From: Okamejei kenojei
Taxonomy: Eukaryota
Direction of reading: 5' to 3'
DNA: 64,000 nucleotides
Assembly: GCA_035221665.1 (NCBI GenBank)
Contig: CM069139.1
Location: 56,482,001-56,546,000 of the forward strand
The notes under the pieces were generated by a model. That model saw nothing but the letters and a program-made list of their open reading frames with translations, was not told the origin of the DNA and made no database searches. Made by a program: the position numbers and the translations under genes. Positions within the stretch are counted from its first letter, which is position 1, and the number at the start of each line of letters is the position of its first letter. Below are positions 10,504-23,018 of the stretch, piece after piece.

Positions 10504-12834
10504 TTTAATAAATATAATCATTCTACTCAGTTTGTATATACATTCACTCATCCAGGCAATATCAAGCCTTCCCTAGTCTGCTATATATGCTAGGAAATTC
10601 ATAATAAGAGTATGGTGATATTGGACAAGATCCAATGGTTTGTAGTCAAACTCTGCTGCCAGCTCCTGCACTTGATGACCATTACATATTTCCAGTTAAA
10701 AGCCACTTAAAACCCATTATTTATTTCCAGTCCAAATAACTGGGGATCTTTGGTTTGGATATCCACAGGGAACATTCAGCACAATTATTTAATTTTCTAT
10801 CATCAAAGGAATAAAACGTTTACCTGGAATAAAATGAAGAACATTTCCAGCAGGGTCATTTCAAAGGCTAATTTTAAGGAAGAAACACAGGTTGATGCCC
10901 TCGAGTGGGAACGGCTGCCTCAGCTCACTGCTTTCTCTCACCCAGGAGACATCCCACAGTCCACTGCTATTGTCCTCCACACTTCGCAATAGTCCAATGG
11001 TGCATCATGCTTTCACAGCACGGGGAAAATCCTCTGATTTGTCAGGGAGGCACGGAGGCGCAGTGATAGAGTTGTTGCCTTACAGCGCATGCAGCGCCAG
11101 AGACGCGGGTTCGATCCTCACTAGTTCTAAGATAGGACTAGGGACAATTTACGGAAGCCAGTTAACCTACAAACCTGCACGTCGTTGGAATGTGAGAGGA
11201 AACCGGAGCACCTGGTGGAAACCCACAGGCGGAACGTACAAACGTAATTGCTTTCTCTTTCCAAAGATGCCGCTTGACTGGTTGAGTTCTTCCAGCAGTT
11301 CTGTTTGTACTTCAGATACCATTTACTGCAGCTTTATTTGTTTTCAATTAATAAACTTACATTTCTAAATATCTACTGCAATCATGGCAAGCAGGGGCAA
11401 GATTAAAAAGGGTGAAGAGGAGAACACATTGCCTGTAATTGCTTGAAAATGCCATAGACAAGCATTCACCACCCAGATTGATCTGTAAGTCCCACTGTAC
11501 CTAAGGGAACTTTTTTTTAAAAATTGTGTGGAAAAAAAAGCCTTACAAGAATACACACCCACTGAATAAGCAAAGTTTAAAAGCTCTGGCTATGTGGCAA
11601 CACTAAAGAGCAGCATTATTCATCAATACCTGGTGATTTTTTTAACCATTTCAAAAGCCATAAGAATCGTTCAGAATCACTTATGGATTAATCAAGGTAG
11701 AAGCAGTACATTTCTTTCCCCAGAACATATCAATGAACCAGACAGGCTTTTGACAAGTGAGCAGCTTTCATGTGCTTATATATTTTGCTGTTAGCTTACA
11801 AAATGACTAGTTATTGCCTTCAATTGAACATAAGCTCTGTGTTGTTGTGTCATAACTTCTGCAATTTCGAACATTTTTAATGATGATAGCGAATGTCAGC
11901 TGTTTTCTTATTGTTTTAAAGAACAATCTTATCGGTATTTCACACTCAAAAGAAGAACATCAATAATTCATCTTTATCAGAGATGCCTTCAGTTACCTCA
12001 GTATCGGGTTGCCCAACCTGTGCGGTAAGTTGTGCAAATTTATTGTACCACGTACAAAGCTTGTGGAAATGAATCTCATCCCAAACAGGCTCTAAAGCGT
12101 ACTTCATAACACTTTCAAGTCCCAGATCAAAATGACTCACCAGGGAGAAGGAGCTTTAATCGGTAAGTACCTTGCTATTTTATACAAATACTGAATTGAG
12201 GGAAAGAACAAAGGTCATTATTTGCAACAAGTCTCTATTCATGTGGCGCTGGGCTCAGTGTTTCAGGTATTAATCTCAGATGACACAGTAAATTCATCCA
12301 GTAGCTATAAGATGGTCGCACTTCAGGGCTGACCCTGGGCGGGATGATTGCTGCCATGACTTTACGACCACAGAAAGTGAGCCTGCATCTGAAGAAGGAT
12401 CCCGACCCAAAACATCACCCGTCCATGTTCTCCTGAGATGTTGCCTGATCTGTTGAGTTACTCCAGCAAGTTGTGTCTTTTTTTCTGCATTTCCCACAGC
12501 TACCTGGCAACCACAGTAGGAAGATGTTGAACATTGACAACACTGGCTTCAGAGTTGGCACATTCTGTCAAAGCTTATCGAAGTGGAATGGCCATTGTGA
12601 CATGGTGTGCAATGCAACAGAAAATTCAAGTTTACTATTATATTTATTTGCAGCTGATAAAAGAGCAGAGAGCAAAGGTGTTGCATATTCCAGCATCTGC
12701 TATTGAATTTAGTCTATAAACTCAATCAAGTGAGAATCAAATATGTTTTTAGAATCTGGGCATAAACTATTATGGTACATGCATTCTTTTATTAAAGTTA
12801 TCATGGGCAAAATCAGAAAGTCATTTTTACAATA

Positions 12835-13590
12835 CAATTAGTTTAGTTTAGTTATTTTATTGTCACGTGTACTGAGGTACAGTGAAAAGTTTTTGTTTCG
12901 TGCTAACCAGTCAGCGGCAAGACAATCCACGATGAAGGGAATAATATGAATAGCGATTAGTGCAAGATAAAGCCAGTAAAGTATGATCAAAATTAGTCCG
13001 AGGGACTCCAATGAGGTAGATACTAGTTCAGCACTACTCTCTAGTAGTGGTAGGATGGTTCAGTTGCCTGATAACAGCTCAATAGAAACTGTCCCTGCAT
13101 ATGGAGGTGTGTGTTTTCACACTTCTATACCTTTTTACCTGATGGGAGAGGGGAGAAGAGGGAGTGGCTAGGGTGCGACTCGTCCTTGATTATGCTGCTG
13201 GCATTGCCGAGGCAGCGTAAGGTATAAATGGAGTCAAAGGAAGGGAGGCTGGTTTGCGTGATGGTGTGGGCTGCGTCCACAATTCTCTGCAATTTCTTGC
13301 GTTCCTGGACGGAGCTGTTCCCAAATCAAGCTGTGATGCATCTTGATAAATTGCTTTCCACGGTGCATTTGTAGAAGTTGGTGATATTTGTTGGGGACAA
13401 GCCGAACTTCCTAAGCCTTCTAAGGAAGTAGAGACGTTGGTGTGTTTTCCTGGTCGTTGCCCCAATATAGGTGGTCCAGGAGAAGTTCTTGGTGATATTT
13501 ACTCAAAGGAATTTGGAGTTTTCAACCAAATCTACTTTGGCACCGTCAATGCAAACTGGGGTATGTGTACCGCTTTGCTTCCTGAAGTCG
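12835..13590 (-). mobile_element. Rex1/Babar-type LINE 3' fragment
   Basis: Minus-strand translation RRLRKFG...NFYKCTVES...CITA*FGNS...KKLQRIVDAA...SIIKDESHPSHSLFSPLPSGKRYRS. Tail gtgacaataaa...(ctaaa)n. Confidence 0.8.
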
Positions 13591-14123
13591 ACCGTAAGGG
13601 GAAAGTGAGCAAGGTTGTTGAGAGTTGCAGTTGGGAATCAAGACTTAATTTCTGAACCACTCCACTGCCCTGTTCGTACTTCAGCCTCTCTTAATTGTTA
13701 GTACAATAATGTTTCTGTGAACAATGGTCATAACCTTAAAATGACTTTCGGATTTTGTCCATCGTGACTTTAATACAAGAAAGCGGGTACCATAATAGCT
13801 TATGCACAGATTCTAAAAACTGATTTGATTTTCACTTGACCGAGTTTATAGACTAAATTCAATAGCAGAGGCTGGAATATGCAACACCTTTTCTCTGTGT
13901 GCTTTTATCAGCTGCCAATAAATATAATAGTAAACCTGGCAGCCAACAAGAAATCCTTTGCGATTATTTAGACAGCAGTGTTATTCGTAATTCTTTCTTT
14001 GGTATCTTGGAACTGCTACGATAAACACAGGTGGGGATTTGCTTTTTGTTTCCTTTAATGAAAAGGGAGGAAATGGATTTACAGTAGCTACTAAACCATC
14101 ATTCTCCAGCCTGTCAGTCTTCC

Positions 14124-14242
14124 TCAGTTGGTCAGCCAACAAGCGACATGCAGTATTTCCAGGTCGGGCAAGTCTGCTGCAGGCACCAAAATAAGCAGCG
14201 GATTTTTTGAGCCGGGTAAGTCTTCTAGAGATCTTGCCAAAT
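14124..14242 (-). CDS. DPH6: DPH6 (diphthine-ammonia ligase) terminal coding exon
   Basis: Polypyrimidine acceptor ttttaattttgttatttttag. Phase-1 start matches the donor at 51004 (G+AT=Asp). Encodes (D)LARSLEDLPGSKNPLLILVPAADLPDLEILHVACWLTN*, resembling the C-terminus of long-form vertebrate DPH6. Too short for the ORF track. Confidence 0.85.
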
Positions 14243-15849
14243 CTAAAAATAACAAAATTAAAAGCATACCCTTTAATAACTAATTACACTCCTTCATGAA
14301 TTGATGCAAATAATAACCATTTTTAATATTACATAGAAAGGGAACATATACAGTTAAAACAAAATCCTGCTCCCTGAAAACACTGATTTCATTAACTTTC
14401 AACAGGGTGAGAAAGAACTCAATCGAAGAAGAAAGCTCTTTGTCTCAGCTGCTGCCACGAAAGAAAATATATTCAGTCTGCGAAGCCACGTTGTACTTAG
14501 TCAGCGGCATATGGCAAGCTGGGTTTCACAAACCTCACATCAAACATCTGAAGTACCCAAGGACTATCCCTCGGAGTATAAATTCCATACATGGCTTGTG
14601 CTGTGAACAGGGGTCCCAGTGGGATTGGATTCCTGGTATTAGGGTAAGAAGTGATGTCCCAAAAGATGTGCCCTATGGTCAGTGGAGCACTTAACCCATT
14701 GACCAGGCCCTATATGATTATTCAGAACTTATTGATGTCTCTTGTTCCCTAGCAGATTGTGGAATATTCACATCTCCTTACTGTCAAAGCATATGGCCAC
14801 TAATTGGACGCATTAGAAAGACAATAGCTTTGGCTTCATTGATGCCAAACTAAAGACCTACGGTGAATGACCCAAGACTGATTGTTTTTAATGCATGGTT
14901 TGCCTTCTAGCGAGTGATCATTAATTAGTTGCTACTTTTCTTTCCTAAGAACTTCGATTAAAAGCACGTAGCCACGGTTCCTCTCCTGAAAATTTGTTTT
15001 GAATATCAACAATAAACATAGAACTATAATGCAAAATTATAGCATATAAACTGCATAATTCTGTAAACAGTGAAATCTAACAGCAGAAAAATGACAAGAT
15101 TGCACTATTTGTAATGCAATTATTATTATGTACACAAAGCTATGAGAATGCAGCTTCAATATTAATTGTCTTGTGCTTTTGGCACAAACGGATCATTTAT
15201 AATGTATGAATCATACAAACGTATTGTTAGGGCATAATTGTTTACTATAGACATTTAAAAGCTGCATATATTCAAGATTCTTATCTTATCAGAAATGTTG
15301 ACCTTAAGCAAACTTTCATTGTAATAATAAAGACATTTAACAGTGTCCTTGCTGGCTGCCTTCAGGTAGGTTTGAAGCATGATTAACATTCAATAGCACA
15401 AAACTAATAGTATCAAGTACCTTGGCTACAATACCAAACAATCCCAAAATGAGCTTGCTTCTGGGGTTCCGGGAAGGGGGGGGGGGGTGATTTTAGTCGC
15501 ATAAACTGATGAGTTTGTAGTGTCCTCAATTTGCTCCTTGCATAACATACTAGTGTGCATGATTCAAATGTAAACTAGTTTTGTGGAAGGTTTTTGCAAA
15601 TGCAGTTCTCAGGAAAGAAGTCCTTGCCTAGAGTAAGTGAGAATGATCCTTACTTTCAAACTGTCCTCGTGAGCAAAAATAAATTAGAAAGGCCCAAGAT
15701 AAGGGGTATGAAGTTTGGAATGTCAACATTTTCTGTGTTCCGCATACCTAGAACATTTACTGAAATTCTGATGTTAGAAAAAATGTTAAGGTGGAATTTA
15801 AATACTGAGCCTTTCACAGTCATGAAGTGAAATTTTGTCTGAATATGAC

Positions 15850-16150
15850 TTTAGACTGTAGCGATGCAGCATGGAAACATGCCATTCGACCCACCAAGTC
15901 CATACCAACCAGCGATCACCCGTACAGTAGCACTATCCTACACTCTAGGGCCAATTTACTATTTACACAAAGCCAATTAAGCTACAAACCCGTACGTCTT
16001 TGGAGTATGGGAGGAAACCTGGAAAAAACCCACGAGGTCACAGGGAGAGTGTACAAACTCTGTACAAACAGCACACATAATCAGGACCAAAGCCGGATCT
16101 TTGACTCTGGAAGGCAGCAGCAGCTCTACTGCTGCGCCACTGTGCCACCC
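15850..16150 (-). mobile_element. V-SINE (HE1-like)
   Basis: Reverse-complement SINE consensus through to ctgcgccactgtgccacccc. Confidence 0.8.
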
Positions 16151-16921
16151 CTAATTGTGTGGTGTATTACAATAACTTTACATACATGCTGAATGCATTT
16201 AGTCCTGGAATCCTGGCAAAGATAGTGCTCTCTCTTTACATTTTTACTGGGGAGGTATAAGTCAAGTTGATCTGAACACCAAGAACAAAGGAAGACTTCA
16301 GCTGAATAATAACCTTAGGGTAGTGGTATCTGAAATAATTGGATAAATCAGTTGGTAATGCTGCAAAAAAACAGCTCCTCTTTCACATTTGGTGACATGT
16401 TCTCTTATTTGTCATTGCACAGCTGGTATCAATGTATATTCAGTAAGAAGATACTGTGTGGAAGCCTTCATTTTACTCATCATGTTACTTCTGGCCAGGG
16501 GGCACATTTGGAATTTTGCCTTCTACTGTGGATTTGCAAGCTAATTAATTAACTAAAACTAGCAGATTAATACAAATCTTTTGGGGCTTGAATGCTTAAA
16601 TTATTAAACTTTCAATTATGCACTTGTCTCCATGGGGTATTTAAAAATTATATTATAAATGTAATTAAGTTTTGCTTCTTGGCAGCAATGATTTATGCAG
16701 GTTATTTTAAAAAGGTCACTTTTTGTTTTTATTCCATAATGGCTTCTAATATATTATTGGTCATGCCAGTGTTCCATTGCTACAATGATGGGGGCCACCC
16801 ATTTCAGAGACATCGTATCCAGTGGGTGTGTGGTTGCGGTGGTTAGAATGTAGAAAATCTGTTAGATCAGGAAAGAGAATATAAATAGCACAAACTTAAT
16901 GCAGATTAAGTCGGCCCAGTG

Positions 16922-17232
16922 GGGGTGGCACAGTGGCGCAGCGGTAGAGTTGCTGCCTTACAGCGCCAGAGACCCGGGTTTGATCCTGACCATGCGTGCT
17001 GTCTGTACAGAGTATGTACGTTCTCCCTGTGACCCCGTGAGTTTTCACCGGGTGCTGTGGCTTCCTCTCACACTCCAAAGACGCACAGGTTTGTAGGTTA
17101 ATGGGGGTCCCGTGAATTGTAAATTGTCACTAGTGTGTAGGATAGTGCATGTGTACGAGGTGAACGCTGGATGGCGCGGACTCCGTGGGCCGAAGGGCCT
17201 GTTTCCACGTTGTATCTCTAGAGTCTAGAGTC
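16922..17232 (+). mobile_element. Near-intact tRNA-derived V-SINE (HE1-like)
   Basis: A box TGGCGCAGCGG, B box GGTTTGATCC, core gctgtctgtacagagt..., tail gggccgaagggcctgtttccacgttgtatctcta shared with CR1 3' ends. Confidence 0.88.
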
Positions 17233-17254
17233 AATGCAGCACTGTGATGCCACA

Positions 17255-17995
17255 GGAATCAAGAATGTTTAATTATCATATGCACCAAGTCAGAACATTG
17301 AAATTCTTACTTGCGGAAGCGCAATAGTTTTGTAAACAAGAGTCAAGAGTGTTTAATTGTTATATGTCCCAAAATGGAACAATGACATTTTTACATGCAG
17401 CACAAGCACAACAGGTTTGTAAACACAGTACTCAATAGATAACCCAAAAAACTAAAAAAAAGTTCAATAAATGAAAAGCCCAATATAGTGCAAAACTGAA
17501 ACAAAGCCCACAGTCCCTAGTGCAACCCAGGCAGTTCATAGTTTGGAGTTTAGTTGGAGTTTGTAGTGTTCAATAGCCTGATGGTTGCACAATAGACAAC
17601 GTAATAAACAAAGAAAATAAAGTTCAATAAATGAAAAAGCAATATTATGCAAAACAAAACAAAGCCCACAGTCCCTAGTGCAACCATGCCAGTTCATCAT
17701 TCAACATTCAGTTGCCGTTTTGTATGTTGAATAGCCTGATGGTTGTTGAGTAGAAGTTGTTCTTTAACCTGGACCAGAGTAGAAGACCTCAAATGGCAAA
17801 TTGTTGGAAGAGATTTTTCGGTATCAGATTGATAGTAAGTAGAATTCATCTACACCAAAACGGATCCAGCTATATTTGGTTTTCAGACTCCTATACCTTC
17901 TTCCTGATGGCAGGAGTGAAATGAGAAAATGGCCAGGGTGGCGTGGGTCTTTGATGACACTGGCTGCCTATTTGAGACAGTGCCTCCTATACCCC
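17255..17995 (-). mobile_element. Rex1/Babar-type LINE 3' end with internally duplicated UTR segments
   Basis: Same family as 30870-31265 and 50155-50750. Segments 17260-17340/17345-17430 and 17440-17590/17590-17750 are tandem copies. Confidence 0.65.
17774..17877 (-). repeat. Near-perfect inverted copy of 19212-19316
   Basis: 104/105 bp, apparently differing by a single indel. Confidence 0.92.
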
Positions 17996-18624
17996 ATCAA
18001 ACAAAGCCCCATCAAAATAATGCACAGAGGTCATCTCTATAAGTGAGTGATGAAGTGCATGTGGGCATTGCAATGACTCAGGGAACACCGGATTATCTCT
18101 GAGAATAGATGAAGATATTAATTACAGTTAGATAGACAATTTGTTCAGCCACATCCTTATATAGGATTAGAGCCACCATGAAAATGAAGACTGGTGTTCT
18201 TTCCTCACAGCCTTGATATAAAACTCATTTCATTGTGCTTAAAAAAATTTGCCAGTGCCGCCCAGCATTATTGCTTGAGCTCCTGGATCAACAACTAATC
18301 CCCAAAAGGAATGATCGTTTGAAACTCCAGACTCAGCAAATACAGATGTTGAAATGCTGCAAATGACTTCATTTGGTCAAGGTGGGGGAAGAAAAATGAT
18401 CAGTACGTGTCTGAACCTCATACTTAGGCAGCTATAGTTTATTGTTTTAATATGATTTAACCTGACCGAATGACTGATTTCTGGAAATAATGTGGACAAC
18501 TGAAAACTGAAGTACTATTTACTTTATGTTTAGTGGCCTGACACAATACAGTGAATCAGGACAATACAGAATGTATGGATCGACTGCTTCCTTCTAAAGA
18601 GATAGATTTCCTGTAAATATTAGG

Positions 18625-18965
18625 GGGGCACAGTGGCACCGTTGCTGCCTTACAGTGCCAGAGACCACGAGTTCGACCTTGACTATGGGTGCTGTCTGTA
18701 CGAAATTTGTATGTTCATCTTGTGACCAGCGATCCCCGTTATACTACACTATAAACTTGGGACAATTTGCAATTTTTGCAAAGCCAATTAACATACAAAC
18801 CTGCATGTCTTTGGAATGTGGAAGGAAACTGGAACACCCGGAGAAATCCCATATGGACACGGGGACAACGTACACACTCCGTACAGACATCACCCGTAGT
18901 TAGGATCAAACCCGGGTGTCAAGCAATGTAAGGAAGTAGCTATACCACTGCGCCACCATGCCGCC
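18625..18965. mobile_element. Chimeric inverted V-SINE (plus-strand head fused to a minus-strand copy)
   Basis: Plus head 18625-18727 switches at 'gacc' into a reverse-complement SINE ending ccactgcgccaccatgccgcccc. Confidence 0.75.
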
Positions 18966-19046
18966 CCGCCTGTAATTCTATCCTTTTCCATGCCATTCCA
19001 TCATGCGCATACACCCTCGTGGGACTATCATCTAGAGAAACCGATC

Positions 19047-19220
19047 ATAGAAACATAGAAATTAGGTGCAGCGGTGGACCATTCGGCCCTTCGAGCCTGC
19101 ACCGCCATTCAATATGATCATGGCTGATCATCCAACTCACTATCCTGTACCTGCCTTCTCTCCATACCCTCTGATCCCCTTAGCCACAAGGGCCACATCT
19201 AACTCCCTCTTAAATATAGC
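19047..19220 (-). mobile_element. CR1-type 3' end with (TTTCTATG)n tail
   Basis: Reverse complement of 39187-39358. Confidence 0.8.
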
Positions 19221-21434
19221 TGGATCCGTTTTGGTGTAGATGAATTCTACTTACTTATCAATCTGATACCGAAAAATCTCTTCCAACAATTTGCCATTTG
19301 AGGTCTTCTACTCTGGATCAGCAGCCAGCTTTCTATGCTGTTATTGTGTATCCCATGCAAACTCTGCTGGTGTTATCTTAACCCATAACAAACAGGCAGA
19401 GAGTCACCGAGAGATATGGCACAAAAGCAGGCTCACTGAGTCGGCAGACTGTCAACCACCCATTTACATTAATCCTACTTTACTCTCCTCAAATTCTCAT
19501 CAACTCCCCCAAATTCTACCACTTATCCACACACATTAGGACTAATTAACCTACCAACCCGTCTTTGGGAGAACGTGCAAACTCCACCCAGGCAGCACAC
19601 GTGGTCAGGCATGAACCTGGGTCTCTGGTGCTCTATGTTGCTGCCCTCAAATATACACTTCATATATTCCCATCTCTCCTTATAAATATATATATCTATC
19701 AATATTTACATCAATATATCAGCACCACCGGTGCTGTATGTATGGTGGTCGTATTATTCCTCTGTGATATCCCACATCCCAAAGTCACGCAGATTGTTTG
19801 GTTAATGGGCCACTGTAGGTTGCCTCTGGTGTACAGCTAAGTGGTAGAATCTGGGTGGGAGTGGATGGCAATGTGGTGAGAAAGTAGATTTGGATAGGTG
19901 TGGTGTAATAGAAGGGTTGATGGTCGGCATGGACTCAGTTGACTGAAGGGCTTCTTTCTGGGCTGTGCATTTCCATGGGTCTATCCTTACTGAACTAGAT
20001 TGTTTTCCATGGGTCTATCCTTACTACTTAAATACCGTGCTTGTTCCTGGCCCAACAGGCACAACGTCTTTCACACCCATGACCCAACCAACTGTCATGA
20101 CTTGCACCATGGACTTTTGGCCTCGCCACCATTCTATTGGCATAGTGGATAAATGTCACTATTTATTATGAGCTATGATCACATCAGCAGAGTTTTGCTT
20201 GGACTACACAAGAACAGAATGGAAGGCAGGTCTGGAGAGCAATAGATTGAGTTAGGATAGGTTATATGATTTACAGTTAAACCCAACACTTCACCTCTTC
20301 TACAAAATTCCTTTAAACTACCAACTCTTGGTCACTTTTCTAAATATTTAATTATTGGGACAATGTCCATTTTTGTTTGATTACAAAAAATGGCACAAAG
20401 CGCTGAAGTAACTCAGCGAGTCAGGCAGCATCTCTGAATAACGTGGACAGGCGATGTTATGGTTCAGGTCCCTTACAATTCTGAGAAGCAGCATGGAAGA
20501 CTTTGCTATGTTAAAGGCACTGCTTACATGAAAGAAGGATATCAATCATGAGATTTTAACATTAGACAAACATGACATGATATTTTTGGCTACAACTAAT
20601 CCACTTGCAATGCAGAGTAAGCTCCTGGCTGCCTCAGCTATTGTAAAGGGATTGCAACAAGCAGCTTTACTGGATTTCTCCCCTCTCTTTTCCAAGTCCT
20701 TCCCTCTTTTATTATTTCTTATCATCTTAATTTCTCTGGTGTACAAGTGGGTGTGAGACTTCTGAGATTTTTTCCTTCCAAAAGACTTCAAAGCCAATTG
20801 AGGTTGTATTTTGGGTAATTGTCACTTTTGGAATTGCCAATTTTTATCTTAAAGACAGGCAACACCTGTGATTAACTTTACAGGTGGTTTCTTGCATGAA
20901 GAGCAGTTTTCTTTCCACAAAGGAGAAATTGAATAACCGCTTTTTGAGGTGATTTAAACATGGATGAAAGATAAATTAAAATCACAATGCTGTTTCTGAT
21001 TCAGTAATATTTATAATAGTCAAACAGATTTCTACTCTCATCATTAACAAAAAGTACATGACAACTCTGGTTTGTGTTAGAAAAAGACAAACATTGTTTG
21101 GGCAACAGATTAACTGTAGGTAAAATTCAAAAGTCAGTTTTATTTATTTATGGAAATAAACATTTTGGCATAGAAACAGGCCCTTCGGCCCAACTTGCCC
21201 ATGGCAACCAAGATCTACATTAGTCTCACCTGCCTGCATTTGGCCCATATCCCTCATTTAGTAGATTTATTTATGGAAATAAATCCACTAAAGACAGTGA
21301 AACAGTTGGCCGGGTGGTGCAGCGGTAGAGTTGCTGCCTTACAGCGCCAGAGACACAGGTCTGATCCTAACAAAGGGTGCTGTCTGTACAGAGTTTGTAC
21401 ATTTTCCCTGTGACCGCGTGGAATTTTTCCGGAT

Positions 21435-21900
21435 TCCACAGATTCACCAACCTCTAACTAAAGAAATTCCTCCTCATCTCCTTCCAGAAATTCCTCCTCA
21501 TGTCTATCCTCAAAGAAAGTCCTTTAATTCTGAGGCCATGACCTCTAATCCTAGACTCTCCCACTAGTGGGAACAACCTCTTCACATCCATTCTATCCAA
21601 ACCTTTCACTATTCTGTACATTTCAATGAGGTCCCCCCTCATTCTTCTAAACTCCAGCGAGTATAAGCCCAGTGCCGTCAAACACTCATCATATGTTAAC
21701 ATAGTAATTCCTGGGATCATTCTTGTAAACCTCCTTTGGACCCTTTCCAGGGCCAGCACATCCTTCCTCAGATATGGTGCCCAAAATTGATCACAAATTA
21801 TTCCAAATACAGCCTGACCAGCACCATAGAGCCTCAGCATTACCTCACTATTTTTGTATTCAAGCCCTCTCTAAATAAATGCCAGCATTGCGTTTGCTTT
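21435..21900 (-). mobile_element. CR1-type LINE 3' fragment
   Basis: QFWAPYLRKDVLALERVQRRFTRMIPG...LGLYSLEFRRMRGDLIE. Confidence 0.88.
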
Positions 21901-22109
21901 GCGAGGAAGTGATACAGGTGGGAGATGGAGAGGAGGGCCGGATTGTGAGAAAATGGTTGCACATCCAGATGGAGCACAGGGATGGGAGAGGGGAAGGGGG
22001 GGGGGAAGGGGAGGGGTTAGTTAATTACCAAAAAATGAAGAATTCTAGAGCAGGATGTCACCGGCATATCTGCCACTGGAATAATGGGAAAGAATGCAGA
22101 GGAGGTCTA

Positions 22110-22562
22110 TGAGGATGTTGCCCAGACATGAGGACTTGAGCTAGAGGGAGAGGCTAGACAGGCTAGGACTTTATTCCTTGGAGCGCAGAAGGATGAGAGG
22201 TAATCTTATAGAGGTGGCCAAGATCATGAGAAGATAGATAGGGAAAATGCACATAGTCTTTTACCCAGAGTTGACGAATCAACACTCAGAGCACAAAGGT
22301 TTAAGGTGAGAGCAGAAAGATTTAATAGGAACCTAAGGGGAAACGTTTTCACACAGGGTGGTGGGAATATGGAACCAGCTGTCAGAGGAGGCAGTTGAGG
22401 CAGGTACTATAACAATATTTAAAAGACCTGAACAGGTTCATAGTTAGGAAATGTTAAGAGGGAAATGGGCCAAATGCAGGCAGGTGGGACTAATGTAGAT
22501 GAGGCATCTTGGTTAGCATGGGCAAGTTGGGCCAAAGGACCTGTTTCTGTGCCGTATGACTT
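22110..22562 (+). mobile_element. CR1-type LINE 3' fragment
   Basis: Degenerate RERLDRLGLYSLERRRMRGNLIEV and 3' UTR gggccaaaggacctgtttctgtgccgtatgac. Confidence 0.8.
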
Positions 22563-23018
22563 GATAACCCTTAGCCGAAGCTCCATGAGGAGCCAAACAT
22601 TGTATGAAAGTTAAGCCATTTGAGGCTTCAATATTTGCACATTCTTTTGTGTAACTTTTCAACTTCTGAATGGTTAATGTTGGGAGTTGCCAGGAGCTCG
22701 GTGAAGAGCTGCTTGCACACCTCTGGAAGATTGAGCTTCGCCAGATTATTTTTTCTTTTGTTAAATATTTTTATTAGACGTAAGTACATATTAATAGAAT
22801 ATCCTTCTCACATACATTCGTAATATTATTAATATTAATAATGATGTCTTATATATTTCTATACTTTTTTTTGCAGGTAAGAAAAGATAGAGAAAAATAA
22901 AGTAAGAGTAGGAAATCAAAAATAAAGAAATGAATGGAGTATTAAAAAGTTATCCATCATTGGAGATATATCCATGATTTGTTATACGTGATTCTTCATC
23001 TATTCCATTATTCAGGCT

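Noticed and set aside
11946-12140. Possible extra exon or small gene downstream of the DPH6 stop
   Set aside because: No recognisable homology or convincing splice pair. It may be 3' UTR or intergenic.
13769-13774. ATTAAA (minus strand) as DPH6 polyadenylation signal
   Set aside because: Several similar hexamers exist (e.g. 14054-14059), so the true site cannot be chosen without 3'-end data.
16922-16995. tRNA-like sequence with A and B boxes (many copies)
   Set aside because: These are SINE heads continuing into the V-domain and LINE tail, not stand-alone tRNA genes.
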